64,000 bases of DNA. Source: Lachnospiraceae bacterium (GTDB taxonomy: Bacteria; Bacillota; Clostridia; Lachnospirales; Lachnospiraceae). The notes under the pieces were generated by a model. It was given only the letters and a program-made list of their open reading frames with translations, had not been told where the DNA came from and ran no database searches. Shown here in pieces: positions 49,595 to 59,260 of the stretch (position 1 is its first letter; each line of letters starts with the position of its first letter). The stretch is from positions 5,416-69,415 of the forward strand of contig JAJQEO010000003.1 of the NCBI GenBank assembly GCA_021201665.1, given 5' to 3'. The translations under genes and the position numbers were made by a program.

Positions 49595-50038
49595 TTGGAA
49601 GTCAAGATCAATAAGGAAATCCGCAATTATACGGAATCCATGTTTTTCGGACTGTCCCTGCGGCAGTTCGTTTTTTCTTTGCTGGCCATCGGCGTGGCCG
49701 TGGGGCTGTATTTTATCTTAAAGCCCCATGTGGGAACGGAAACCGTGTCATGGATGTGTATTCTCGGCGCGGCTCCCTTTGCGGCGCTGGGCTTTGTCAG
49801 CTACCACGGCATGACGGCGGAGCAGTTTTTGTGGGCTTGGCTGCGCTCAGAAGTAATAGAGCCGAAGCGCCTGTATTGCAAACCTACCAACTTTTATTAC
49901 GAGGCATTAAAGGACAGCATTTCCGTCCATGAAAAGGAACTGTCCATCCCGGCAAAACGGAGAAAGCCGAAGCACCTCGGACGGTACACGAAGAAAGCGG
50001 TTCGACGCCGCAGGAAGGAGGCCAAGCGCCATGCTTAA
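49595..50038 (+). CDS. prgI: PrgI-family (VirB3-like) protein
   Basis: INKEIRNYTES.FFGLSLRQ, two TMs, YHGMTAEQ. Confidence 0.88.
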   Translation: MEVKINKEIRNYTESMFFGLSLRQFVFSLLAIGVAVGLYFILKPHVGTETVSWMCILGAAPFAALGFVSYHGMTAEQFLWAWLRSEVIEPKRLYCKPTNFYYEALKDSISVHEKELSIPAKRRKPKHLGRYTKKAVRRRRKEAKRHA

Positions 50039-52385
50039 AACTCTCAGCAGCATGTTAAAGCAGGACAAGGAAAAATATACAGTTCCACGCAAAGTGCAGG
50101 ATGTGATTCCCATTCGCCGCATCTGGCCGGACGGCATTTTCCTGTGCGGCAATCAGTTCTGCCGCACCTGGCGTTTTTCGGACATCAACTATCAGGTAGC
50201 CAGTGAGGAGGACAAGAAATCCATGTTTCTGGATTACTCTGAGCTTCTCAACAGCCTGAGCGCAGGTTCCACCGCCAAGATCACCATTAACAATCGTACC
50301 CTTAACCGGGTGAATTTTGAGCAGACAGTCCTCATGCCTATGCGGAAGGACAAGCGCGACCCCTACCGTAAGGAGTACAACAGTGTGATTATGAGCAAGG
50401 CCACGGCGGGCAACGGGATTGTTCAGGAGAAATATATCACCGTATCTGTCCCGAAGAAAAGTATTGAGGAGGCCCGGATTTTCTTCTCCCGTGTGGGCGC
50501 AGACCTGACTGCCCACTTCTCTGCCCTCGGTTCCAAATGTGTGGAACTGGATGCTTCGGAAAAACTGCGTGTTCTCCATGACTTTTACCGTCAGGGCGAG
50601 GAGGTAGATTTCCACTTTGACGCACGGGATATGATGCGCAAAGGCCATGATTTCCGGGACTACATCTGCCCGGACTTCATTGAGCGTCACAGTGATTATC
50701 TCATTCTCGGCGGCAAATTCTGCCGGACGCTCTATCTAAAGGACTACGCCAACTATATCCGGGATTCTTTTGTGTCCGAACTGACCGATCTGAATCGGAA
50801 CATGATGCTGTCGCTGGATGTTATCCCCATCCCAACGGATGAAGCCGTCCGGGAGGTGGAAAACCGTCTGTTGGGTGTGGAAACCAACATCACCAACTGG
50901 CAGCGCCGCCAGAACGCAAACAACAACTTTTCTGCTGTGGTTCCCTACGATATGGAGCAGCAGCGCCGGGAGAGCAAGGAGTTTTTGGACGATCTGACCG
51001 CCCGCGACCAGCGAATGATGATGGGCGTACTGACCATGGTGCTGACTGCCGATACTAAGGAACAGCTTGACACAGACACGGAACAGATTTTGTCCCTGTC
51101 CCGGCAGAAGATGTGCCAGATGGCGGTACTCAAGTACCAGCAGACGGACGGCCTGAATACGGCACTGCCCATCGGAACGCGGCGCATCAATGCTTTCCGT
51201 ACTCTGACCACCGAATCTTTGGCGGTGTTCATGCCCTTTAAGGTGCAGGAAATTCAGGATAAGGGTGGCATCTATTTTGGAGAAAACGCCATCTCCCATA
51301 ACCTGATTCTCTGCAACCGGGAGAACCTGCTGAACCAATCGTCCTTTATCCTGGGTGTTCCTGGTTCCGGCAAGTCCTTCTCCGCCAAGGAGCTGATTGC
51401 TTTCCTGATTTTGAACACGGAGGATGACATTCTAATCTGCGACCCGGAGGGTGAGTTTGCCCCGATGGTGCAGGCCATGGGCAGCGACATCGGAACCGTT
51501 GTCCATGTGGCTGCCGGTGGCAGGGACAGGCTCAATGCCATGTATATGGTAGAGGGCTACGGCGAGAACAATCCCATCGTGGAGAAATCTCAGTTTATTA
51601 TGTCTCTTGTGGAGCAGATTGACAAAAACGGTGTCGGCCCGCAGCACAAGTCTATCATTGACCGCTGTACCGGGCAGATCTATCAGGAGGCAGCAGAAAC
51701 CGGCATTGTGCCTACGCTTTCCACCCTGCGTGAAAAGCTGCTGGTGCAGCCGGAGGAGATTGCAAGGGAAATCGCCCTGTCACTGGAACTGTTCACTACC
51801 GGTTCTCTGGACATCTTCGGTCATGCCAGCAATGTGGATTTGGATAAGCGTGTAGTGGTGTTTAACATCCACGATTTGGGTGAGCAGCTAAAGCCCACCG
51901 GCCTGCTGGTCATTACCGATACTATGCTCAACCGCGTCACGCTGAACTGGAAGATGGGCAAGCGCACCCATGTGTTTATCGACGAGTTCCATGTGGTCTT
52001 TGAGAATGAGTACAGTGGCAATTTCTTCAACAGCGCATGGCGGCAGTTTAGAAAGCGCAATGCTTACCCCACAGCCATTACGCAAAATGTGGAGTACCTG
52101 CTGGATTCCGTACAGGCCAGCACCATGCTCTCTAACTCGGAGTTTATCATCATGCTGAATCAGGCGGCCTCTGACCGGGAGAAGCTGGCGAAGCTGTTGA
52201 ACATCTCCAAAGAGCAGATGAGCTATGTTACCAACGCTGACGCTGGCTGCGGCCTTATCAAATATGGCTCTGCACTGGTGCCTTTCGTAAATCGTTGGCC
52301 CCGTCAGACCAAGCTCTATGATTTGATGACCACCCGCCCCGGTGAAGGCGTGTTTGGCGGAGAAAAACAGGAGGTGCGGAAATGA
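50031..52385 (+). CDS. virB4: VirB4 conjugal transfer ATPase
   Basis: GVPGSGKS, DPEGEF, FIDEFH, RQFRK, ITQN. Confidence 0.95.
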   Translation: MLKTLSSMLKQDKEKYTVPRKVQDVIPIRRIWPDGIFLCGNQFCRTWRFSDINYQVASEEDKKSMFLDYSELLNSLSAGSTAKITINNRTLNRVNFEQTVLMPMRKDKRDPYRKEYNSVIMSKATAGNGIVQEKYITVSVPKKSIEEARIFFSRVGADLTAHFSALGSKCVELDASEKLRVLHDFYRQGEEVDFHFDARDMMRKGHDFRDYICPDFIERHSDYLILGGKFCRTLYLKDYANYIRDSFVSELTDLNRNMMLSLDVIPIPTDEAVREVENRLLGVETNITNWQRRQNANNNFSAVVPYDMEQQRRESKEFLDDLTARDQRMMMGVLTMVLTADTKEQLDTDTEQILSLSRQKMCQMAVLKYQQTDGLNTALPIGTRRINAFRTLTTESLAVFMPFKVQEIQDKGGIYFGENAISHNLILCNRENLLNQSSFILGVPGSGKSFSAKELIAFLILNTEDDILICDPEGEFAPMVQAMGSDIGTVVHVAAGGRDRLNAMYMVEGYGENNPIVEKSQFIMSLVEQIDKNGVGPQHKSIIDRCTGQIYQEAAETGIVPTLSTLREKLLVQPEEIAREIALSLELFTTGSLDIFGHASNVDLDKRVVVFNIHDLGEQLKPTGLLVITDTMLNRVTLNWKMGKRTHVFIDEFHVVFENEYSGNFFNSAWRQFRKRNAYPTAITQNVEYLLDSVQASTMLSNSEFIIMLNQAASDREKLAKLLNISKEQMSYVTNADAGCGLIKYGSALVPFVNRWPRQTKLYDLMTTRPGEGVFGGEKQEVRK

Positions 52386-52777
52386 GAATCCAATTTGCAT
52401 CCAAGGCACACCGGGATTTTTTTCATGACATGATGGCCCAGAGCCGCAGGCAGGACTGCTATCATCAGGCATTTTTCTATGTTATGGGGATTGCCCCGGA
52501 GACACGAGCGAACATCCGGCAGATGTTTGATTTTCAGCAGGACTGCATTGAACCGGACGGGATGCACGGCGGCTGGCAGACCAGCGGCACCGTCCGAGTG
52601 TGCCAGTTAGCCTTTAACCTGTGGAACGGATACAGCGGAGAGCGGCGGGGAGATGAATATACCCCTTATGACCTGTTCTGCTGTGAGTTCGCTCCTTATT
52701 TTATGGAAGGAATCAAGCTGCGCTACCCGGAGCATTGCCGGGAACTGGCTCCGGTCAAAGAAGCGCAAGCACGATAA
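52382..52777 (+). CDS. DUF6075-like protein
   Basis: GWQTSGT..V..LAFNLWNG; homolog at 63234. Confidence 0.78.
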   Translation: MRIQFASKAHRDFFHDMMAQSRRQDCYHQAFFYVMGIAPETRANIRQMFDFQQDCIEPDGMHGGWQTSGTVRVCQLAFNLWNGYSGERRGDEYTPYDLFCCEFAPYFMEGIKLRYPEHCRELAPVKEAQAR

Positions 52778-52792
52778 GATGGAGGTATTATC

Positions 52793-53626
52793 ATGAATCC
52801 AAAACTGAAAATGACCCTTTTCCTTTGCGGGGCGGCAGCATTTGCCGCCCTGTTTCTGTTTTCCGGCGCGATGCTGTTCATTCAACACGCAGACCAAAAG
52901 CGGAGTGCGGAAGCCTTTGACGAGATTGCTGCACTGATTCAGGACGAACCGGAACAGCCGGAGCCGTCCACAGAAAGCACCGAGGGAGAAGAACTTCCCG
53001 CATCGGAAACGGCTCTTACCGCTTACGAGAAATACGCCGCCGTCTATGAACAGAACCATGATTTTGTGGGCTGGATTTCTATTGACGGCACGAATATCAA
53101 CTACCCGGTGATGCAGACGCCGGACAATCCTGACTTTTATCTGAAGCACGCATTTGACCGTTCCTACAGTAACTACGGCACGCCCTATGTGCAGGAGAAC
53201 TGCATGGTGGGCAGCTCGGACAACATGGTTCTCTATGGGCATCACATGAACAACGGCACCATGTTTGCCGACCTGTGCAAGTATGAAAGTGAGGATTTTT
53301 ATCGGGAACATACCACCATTCAGTTTGACACATTGGAGGACTACGGCGAGTATGAGATCGTTGCAGTATTCAAGACCGTGGCCTACTCTCCGGAGGGTTT
53401 TAAGTATTATCATTTTGTAGACGCGGAGTGCCAGGAGGATTTTGACTCTTTTTTGGCACAGTGCAAGGAACTGGCTCTCTATGATACTGGGGTCAGCGCC
53501 GAGTATGGCGACAGCCTGATTACCCTCTCCACCTGTGAATACAGCCGTAACAATGGCCGCATGGTGGTTTTGGCAAAGCGAATCGCGCCCTCCCCTGGGG
53601 AGGTGAATACCAATGCCGGAGATTAA
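52793..53626 (+). CDS. srtB: Class B sortase
   Basis: N-terminal TM, INYPVMQ, YGHHM, TLSTC...R. Confidence 0.92.
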   Translation: MNPKLKMTLFLCGAAAFAALFLFSGAMLFIQHADQKRSAEAFDEIAALIQDEPEQPEPSTESTEGEELPASETALTAYEKYAAVYEQNHDFVGWISIDGTNINYPVMQTPDNPDFYLKHAFDRSYSNYGTPYVQENCMVGSSDNMVLYGHHMNNGTMFADLCKYESEDFYREHTTIQFDTLEDYGEYEIVAVFKTVAYSPEGFKYYHFVDAECQEDFDSFLAQCKELALYDTGVSAEYGDSLITLSTCEYSRNNGRMVVLAKRIAPSPGEVNTNAGD

Positions 53627-55408
53627 GACGCGGGACGCAGTAAAAGGCACTATCAAGACGCTGGACAAGGCGGCGTTGGCTGGGGAGCGGATGAAACAGG
53701 CGTATATCCGCACCAAGGATAAAGCAGAGCAGAGTGTTTCGGCAGCGGAGGGCAACCCGGAGGAATATGCCTCTGACCGTATCTCCAATAGCGCTAACAC
53801 CCTGACTTATGAGGCCGCCCATCAGTTTGACCACCGTGGCCGGGAAGCGGTCAAGACCACCAAGGACAATATCTCCACCGTCCGGGAGCGCATGGAACAG
53901 CACAGGGCCGACCAGCCGAAAAGAGCAGCGCAGAAGCAGGCGGAGAAACAGGCAAAACAGCGGGCGGCGGAAGCTGCCCGCACCACTCAACCCCCTGCCT
54001 CTGACGCTGCGGCCATGCCGCAGATTAAAACTCGTCGCCGGGATACGGCAGTCATCAAAACCTGGTACGAAGCGGTGAAAGTATTCGGCAGACTGCAAAA
54101 TCCACCGGAAACACTGTTGTTAATGCAGGAAAAGGCACGATTAAAACGGCTTCACGCTCCATTAAGACCGCTGGGCGGGCAGCCGACACCACGATCAAAA
54201 CCAGCCGTGCAGCACAAAAATCTGCCCTTGCCGCAGCAAAAGCCTCCCACCGGACAGCACAGGCAGCACGAGCAGCGGCAAAGAAAACAGCGGAAGCGAC
54301 CAAGGCCACCGCAAAGGCTACCGTCTCCGCTGTCAAGGGTATCATTGCCGGGACAAAGGCACTGATTTCTGCCTTGATTGCAGGCGGCTGGATTTCTGTG
54401 ATGATTATTCTCATTATTGTGCTGCTTGGCTGTGCCGTCTCCCTTTTTGGTGGGGGCAGCGGAAGCAATTCCTATACGCCGGTCAGTGCCGAGGTGGAAG
54501 CCTATGAGCCGGTGATTCGCCAGTATGCCGCTCAGTATGGCATTTCAGAATATGTGGAGCTGATTAAAGCGGTAATGATGCAGGAATCCGGTGGCCGCGG
54601 CAGCGATCCTATGCAGGCTTCCGAGAGCGGTTATAATACCATGTATCCCCATACGCCGGGAGCAATCACCGACCCGGAGTATTCTATTTCAGTAGGTGTT
54701 CAGACGCTGGCTGACAGTCTGCAGGCGGCACAGGTGGAAAGTCCCATTGACATGGAGCGTATCAAGCTGGCCTTGCAGGGCTATAACTTCGGCAACGGCT
54801 ATATCTCCTGGGCGCTAAGCAACTACGGCGGCTATTCCTATGCCAATGCGGTGGAGTTTTCCACAATGCAGGCAGAGAGATTGGGCTGGAGCAGCTACGG
54901 TGATACCCAATATCCCAACCATGTGTTGCGGTATTATCCTTATGGACGAGCCTTTACCGCTGGCGGCAATGAAGCGATTGTGGAGGTGGCGCTGGCCCAG
55001 GTGGGCAATGAGGGTGGCGAACCTTATTGGAGTTGGTACGGCTTTAGCTCCCGTGTGGAGTGGTGCGCCTGCTTTGTGAGCTGGTGTGCGGAACAGTGCG
55101 GCTATCTTGATAGTGGTATTATTCCGAAGTTCTCCGGTTGTGGCGATGGCGTAAGCTGGTTCCGAAGCAATGGTCAGTGGCAGGACAGGAGCTATGAACC
55201 GCAGGCGGGAGACATTATCTTTTTTGATTGGGATAACAAGGGCTCATCAGGTCCGCAGGATGGAGGATCTGACCATGTAGGTATTGTGCAAAGAACTGAG
55301 AACGGCATAGTCTATACGGTGGAAGGTAATTCAGGTGATGCCTGTCGGGAGAGACAATATTCTGTAGGGCATTATGAAATTTTAGGGTATGGAACGCCAA
55401 CCTATTAA
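53613..55408 (+). pseudogene. VirB1-like lysozyme-like + CHAP peptidoglycan hydrolase, frameshifted near 54061
   Basis: Ala/Lys/Thr-rich coil continues in the -1 frame into the ORF at 54374 (MMQESGG; WCACFVSW; HVGIV). Confidence 0.8.
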
Positions 55409-55505
55409 CTGGAAAAGATAACCCAGCCACGAAAACGGCTGGGTACATAGCTTGATTAGGCAACGAAAATCTGTTACAATACGCTCAGAAAAGGTGGGAA
55501 AACAA

Positions 55506-56381
55506 ATGGAACTTCGTGTCTTGCGTTACTATTTAACTGTTGCACGGGAAGAAAACATTACCCGTGCGGCAGAGATTTTACATATCACTCAGCCAACCCT
55601 CAGCCGTCAGATGGCGGAATTGGAGGAGGAACTGGACACCCGTCTGTTTGAGAGAAGCAATCGGAGAATTTCTCTGACAGAAGCCGGGATGTTGCTGCGC
55701 CGTCGAGCCGAAGAACTTGTGACCTTGGCAGACAAAACTGAGCAGGAATTCAAAACCGGCGGTGAAGAACTGACCGGGCTGATCTCCATCGGCAGCGGTG
55801 TGACTGCGGCGGTTTCCGAAGCCCTCCCGGAGCTGCTGGAAACCTATTCGCAGAAACATTCCCAGGTTCGTTTTGAACTTCACACAGGTACGGCGGCGGT
55901 CATTAAGGATCAACTGGACAAAGGGCTATTGGATATTGGTATTTTGATGGAGCCGATTGAAGTGGAGAAGTATGATTTTCTCCGTCTGCCCCAAAAGGAT
56001 GTTTGGGGAATCCTTATGCCGGAGGATGACCCGCTGGCTGAGAAGTCCGTCATTACCCCCGGTGATCTGCAATCGTTGCCACTAATCGTTAATTGGCGAA
56101 TCGTAGAACGAGAAGCCAAAGCGTGGTTTGGTGGGTCTACAGAACACCTGAATGTGTTTTGCTCCTATGATCTGATTGATAACGCAGCTCTGCTGGTGGA
56201 GCGCCATCTGGGGTATGCCTTTGTGATTGAAGCTGTCGCAAAGAATCGTCAGGGACTGGCGTTTCGTCCCCTGTCTCCGGAAATCAGCAACACTTCTGTG
56301 CTGGTTTGGAAAAAATATCAGCCTGCGAGCTTGGCTGTGCAGAAATTCATTGAGTTGGCCCGAAATGCCTATGGAGCATAG
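55506..56381 (+). CDS. LysR-family transcriptional regulator
   Basis: MELRVLRYYL..A...NITRAAE.LHITQPTLSRQ. Confidence 0.96.
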   Translation: MELRVLRYYLTVAREENITRAAEILHITQPTLSRQMAELEEELDTRLFERSNRRISLTEAGMLLRRRAEELVTLADKTEQEFKTGGEELTGLISIGSGVTAAVSEALPELLETYSQKHSQVRFELHTGTAAVIKDQLDKGLLDIGILMEPIEVEKYDFLRLPQKDVWGILMPEDDPLAEKSVITPGDLQSLPLIVNWRIVEREAKAWFGGSTEHLNVFCSYDLIDNAALLVERHLGYAFVIEAVAKNRQGLAFRPLSPEISNTSVLVWKKYQPASLAVQKFIELARNAYGA

Positions 56382-56431
56382 TAGCCCCAGTAAACTAAGC
56401 ATTTTACAAATAGTAAATCATCTTCTACAAT
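56365..56431 (+). promoter_or_regulatory. LysR box + promoter 1
   Basis: ATGC-N7-GCAT, AACTAAGCAT, TTTACA-17bp-TACAAT. Confidence 0.7.
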
Positions 56432-56524
56432 GTGAGTGTACCGAAAAGCAAACAGCTTTTCAGGGCACTCACATTTTTTGTATGCAGAGGCCCTATGACA
56501 ACAGTATGAGAGAAGGTGAAGCAC

Positions 56525-57106
56525 ATGAATGTGAAGGAAATTATAAAAGAACTTCAAGGTGCAGAGCGTGCAGCACCCCCAAGTACGGAGTGTATGGAGC
56601 AGTTTCGCTCAATTTGTCAGGAAACGATCCGCTTGAGTATGGAGTTAAACTGCGGGTATCATACGCCGGAAGAAATTCGGGAGATTATGGCAAAGCTGAC
56701 AGGAAAACCGATCCACAACACATTTCGCCTGTTTCCACCCTTTTACGCCGACTTCGGAAAAAACATTGCACTTGGAAAAGATGTGTTCATCAATTCCGGC
56801 TGTCATTTTCAGGATCAGGGAGGCATTACCATCGGAGATGGCGCTCTGATTGGACACAATGTGGTTCTTGCCACCGTCAACCATGATCTTGATCCGAAAA
56901 ACAATCGGCGAAATCACTATGCCCCCATTACCATAGGAAACCATGTCTGGATTGGTTCCAACGCAACAATCCTGCCAGGCGTCACCATTGGGGAGTGGTC
57001 GGTTGTAGCAGCGGGAGCCGTGGTTACGAAGGATGTCCCACCCTATTGCGTGGTTGGCGGAGTACCGGCAAGGATTATAAAAACCGTGGAAGAACCATTG
57101 AGTTGA
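56525..57106 (+). CDS. Maltose/galactoside O-acetyltransferase-like hexapeptide-repeat protein
   Basis: [34 protein letters not shown]. Confidence 0.92.
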   Translation: MNVKEIIKELQGAERAAPPSTECMEQFRSICQETIRLSMELNCGYHTPEEIREIMAKLTGKPIHNTFRLFPPFYADFGKNIALGKDVFINSGCHFQDQGGITIGDGALIGHNVVLATVNHDLDPKNNRRNHYAPITIGNHVWIGSNATILPGVTIGEWSVVAAGAVVTKDVPPYCVVGGVPARIIKTVEEPLS

Positions 57107-57107
57107 A

Positions 57108-57173
57108 ATGCTTATAGAGCATGATCGATAGAGGAACTAAGCATTTTACAAATGGCAAGATGCCCGTTATAAT
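57108..57173 (+). promoter_or_regulatory. LysR box + promoter 2
   Basis: ATGC-N7-GCAT, AACTAAGCAT, TTTACA-17bp-TATAAT. Confidence 0.7.
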
Positions 57174-57236
57174 GTGGACATACCGAAAAACAAAACGCAT
57201 ATCAACAGAAATCACACATTGATAGGAGGGAGAAAC

Positions 57237-57581
57237 ATGACCATTGAGGGGGCAAGCGAACGCTTTGGTGTTCCCCTTGAAAAATTGCGGCTCTATGAAA
57301 AGCAGGGCTTGTTCGACTGTCACAGGCAGCCAGATGGCAACATTGATTATACCGATGAATTGATGGATTACATCGGAATCATCAATGTTTTGACAGAGGC
57401 TGGTGCAGAGGCTGAAACGCTTCGGGGTTTTATGTGCAGGCTCATGCAGAGCGAGATCTCAAAAGAGGAAAAGCTCCGTTACCTGCGCACACAGCGGGCG
57501 AAGCTATTGGAGAATATCCACTCCAAGCAAAAATCTCTGGATCAGCTCGATTATATCATCTTTAACGAGAATCGAGCTTAA
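57237..57581 (+). CDS. MerR-family regulator
   Basis: MTI...S...GV....LRLYEKQGL; L..IH.KQKSLDQLDY. Confidence 0.8.
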   Translation: MTIEGASERFGVPLEKLRLYEKQGLFDCHRQPDGNIDYTDELMDYIGIINVLTEAGAEAETLRGFMCRLMQSEISKEEKLRYLRTQRAKLLENIHSKQKSLDQLDYIIFNENRA

Positions 57582-57610
57582 ACTTCTAAAATGAAAGGAT
57601 GTATACGAAA

Positions 57611-58162
57611 ATGAAAAAAGATTTAGGTTCTGTGCTGGCACTTTATCCTACGCCTCTTGTGGTAGTGGGAGCCATGGTAAATGGGAAACCCAACTGGACG
57701 CTGGTGGGCCATGTGGGAATCATGGGACATGACCACATCATGGTCAGCCTCGCAAAGCCCCACTATATCAATCAGGGCATCCGTGAGAGTAAAGTCCTCT
57801 CGGTCAACATTGTAGACGAAGCATGGCTGAAAAAGGCCGACTATGTGGGCTGCTTCAGCGGCAATAAAGTTGACAAGTCCGAAGTGTTCGACCATGCTAT
57901 CGCACAGGGCGGTGCGCCTGTGATTAACGAGGCGAAGCTGTCCATGGTTTGCTCGGTGGAGGACATCTACGAGACAAAGGGCTTTGATAACTTCATTCTC
58001 ACCATTGCCCATACCTACGCCGAGGAAAGCATTCTGAACGAGGCCGGCAAGATTGACTATGACATCTTTAAGCCCATCCTGTTCGAAATGCCCGGTTACA
58101 CCTATCTGAAAACCGGCGAAACCGCAGCCAAGTGCATGACCCTTGGCAAAGAGAAAAAATAA
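57611..58162 (+). CDS. Flavin reductase-like (flavoredoxin) protein
   Basis: LYPTPLVVVG, SVNIV, DYVG..SG..VDK, GAPVI. Confidence 0.88.
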   Translation: MKKDLGSVLALYPTPLVVVGAMVNGKPNWTLVGHVGIMGHDHIMVSLAKPHYINQGIRESKVLSVNIVDEAWLKKADYVGCFSGNKVDKSEVFDHAIAQGGAPVINEAKLSMVCSVEDIYETKGFDNFILTIAHTYAEESILNEAGKIDYDIFKPILFEMPGYTYLKTGETAAKCMTLGKEKK

Positions 58163-58220
58163 AAGAAGCGGGCATCAGCAAAATGTGCAGGAGCCTGCCA
58201 AATGAAAGGAGATTACCAAT

Positions 58221-58925
58221 ATGAAAAAAATACTTTCTCTTATCCTGGCACTCACCATGGTGTTTACCCTTGCAGCCTGCGGCAATAGCAGTGCTGGGGA
58301 GAGTGAACCTTCTGAAATCCCCTCTCAAACGGAAGGTTCTGCTGTTCCTGAAGAAAGTGAAATCACTGTCCCTACCGAAAACACCACCCAGCCGGAAGAA
58401 AGCACCCAGCCGGAAGAATCTTCGGAGCCGGAAGCAGTTGCGGGTTCCACTTCCCTGATTGTTTACTTCTCTTGGTCTGGCAATACAGAGTCTGTGGCAA
58501 ATGAAATTCAGGCCCAGACCGGAGCGGATGTTTTTGAGATTATTCCGGAGGAAGCCTATACCGATGACTACGATACCCTTCTGGATATTGCACAGGAGGA
58601 ACAGCGAAATGATGCCCGTCCAGTCATCGCCGGAACCGTGGAAAACTTCGATCAGTATGAGGTCATCTACTTTGGCTACCCCAACTGGTGGGGAGACATG
58701 CCAATGATCCTCTACACATTCCTGGATGAATACGATTTCTCCGGCAAAACCATTGCACCCTTTGTCACCAGCGGCGGCAGCGGATTTTCGGGTACAATCA
58801 GCACCATCCAGTCTATGGAGCCGGACGCGACTGTTGTTGACGGCCTTTCCCTGGGAAGCTCTGCTGCTAAGAATCCCAGCAGCGATGTGAGTGACTGGCT
58901 TTCTTCCCTGGGTCTGAGCGAATAA
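58221..58925 (+). CDS. Flavodoxin-domain lipoprotein
   Basis: Lipobox LAAC, acidic linker, YFSWSGNT, GYPNWWG, PFVTSGGSG. Confidence 0.88.
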   Translation: MKKILSLILALTMVFTLAACGNSSAGESEPSEIPSQTEGSAVPEESEITVPTENTTQPEESTQPEESSEPEAVAGSTSLIVYFSWSGNTESVANEIQAQTGADVFEIIPEEAYTDDYDTLLDIAQEEQRNDARPVIAGTVENFDQYEVIYFGYPNWWGDMPMILYTFLDEYDFSGKTIAPFVTSGGSGFSGTISTIQSMEPDATVVDGLSLGSSAAKNPSSDVSDWLSSLGLSE

Positions 58926-58934
58926 GGAGGACAC

Positions 58935-59117
58935 ATGATGAAGCGGATCACCGCAATGCTGCTTATGGCTGCGATGCTCCTATCCTTGGCAGCTTGCAGT
59001 AGCAATACAAATTCCACAGAAACAAAAGATGTTTCAGAGCCTCATGCTGCGACAGAAAGCACCATGACAACCAATGCACCGGAGAATTCTGAGGAATCGG
59101 AAATGAATAGCTTATAA
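58935..59117 (+). pseudogene. Truncated lipoprotein (signal peptide and linker only)
   Basis: AAGGAGG RBS, lipobox LAAC, Ser/Thr/Glu linker, then stop with no folded domain. Confidence 0.55.
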
Positions 59118-59260
59118 ATATGGAAGAAACGGCGAAAGCGAGGGTTAATCCCCCGCTCTTTGCTTTTACATATTCGCACCTTTGATAGACTGCTCCTATT
59201 CTGATAAAAAGAAAGCGAGACAAGAAATCAACCAATATTATAGGAAAGGAAGGATAGCTT

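Noticed and set aside
41441-53800. Long minus-strand ORFs (41441-42637, 44768-46339, 47151-48329, 52607-53800)
   Set aside because: Antisense to well-supported conjugation genes; no family motifs
54050-54070. Programmed -1 frameshift in the hydrolase gene
   Set aside because: No canonical X XXY YYZ slippery heptamer or obvious stimulator; a simple indel is more likely
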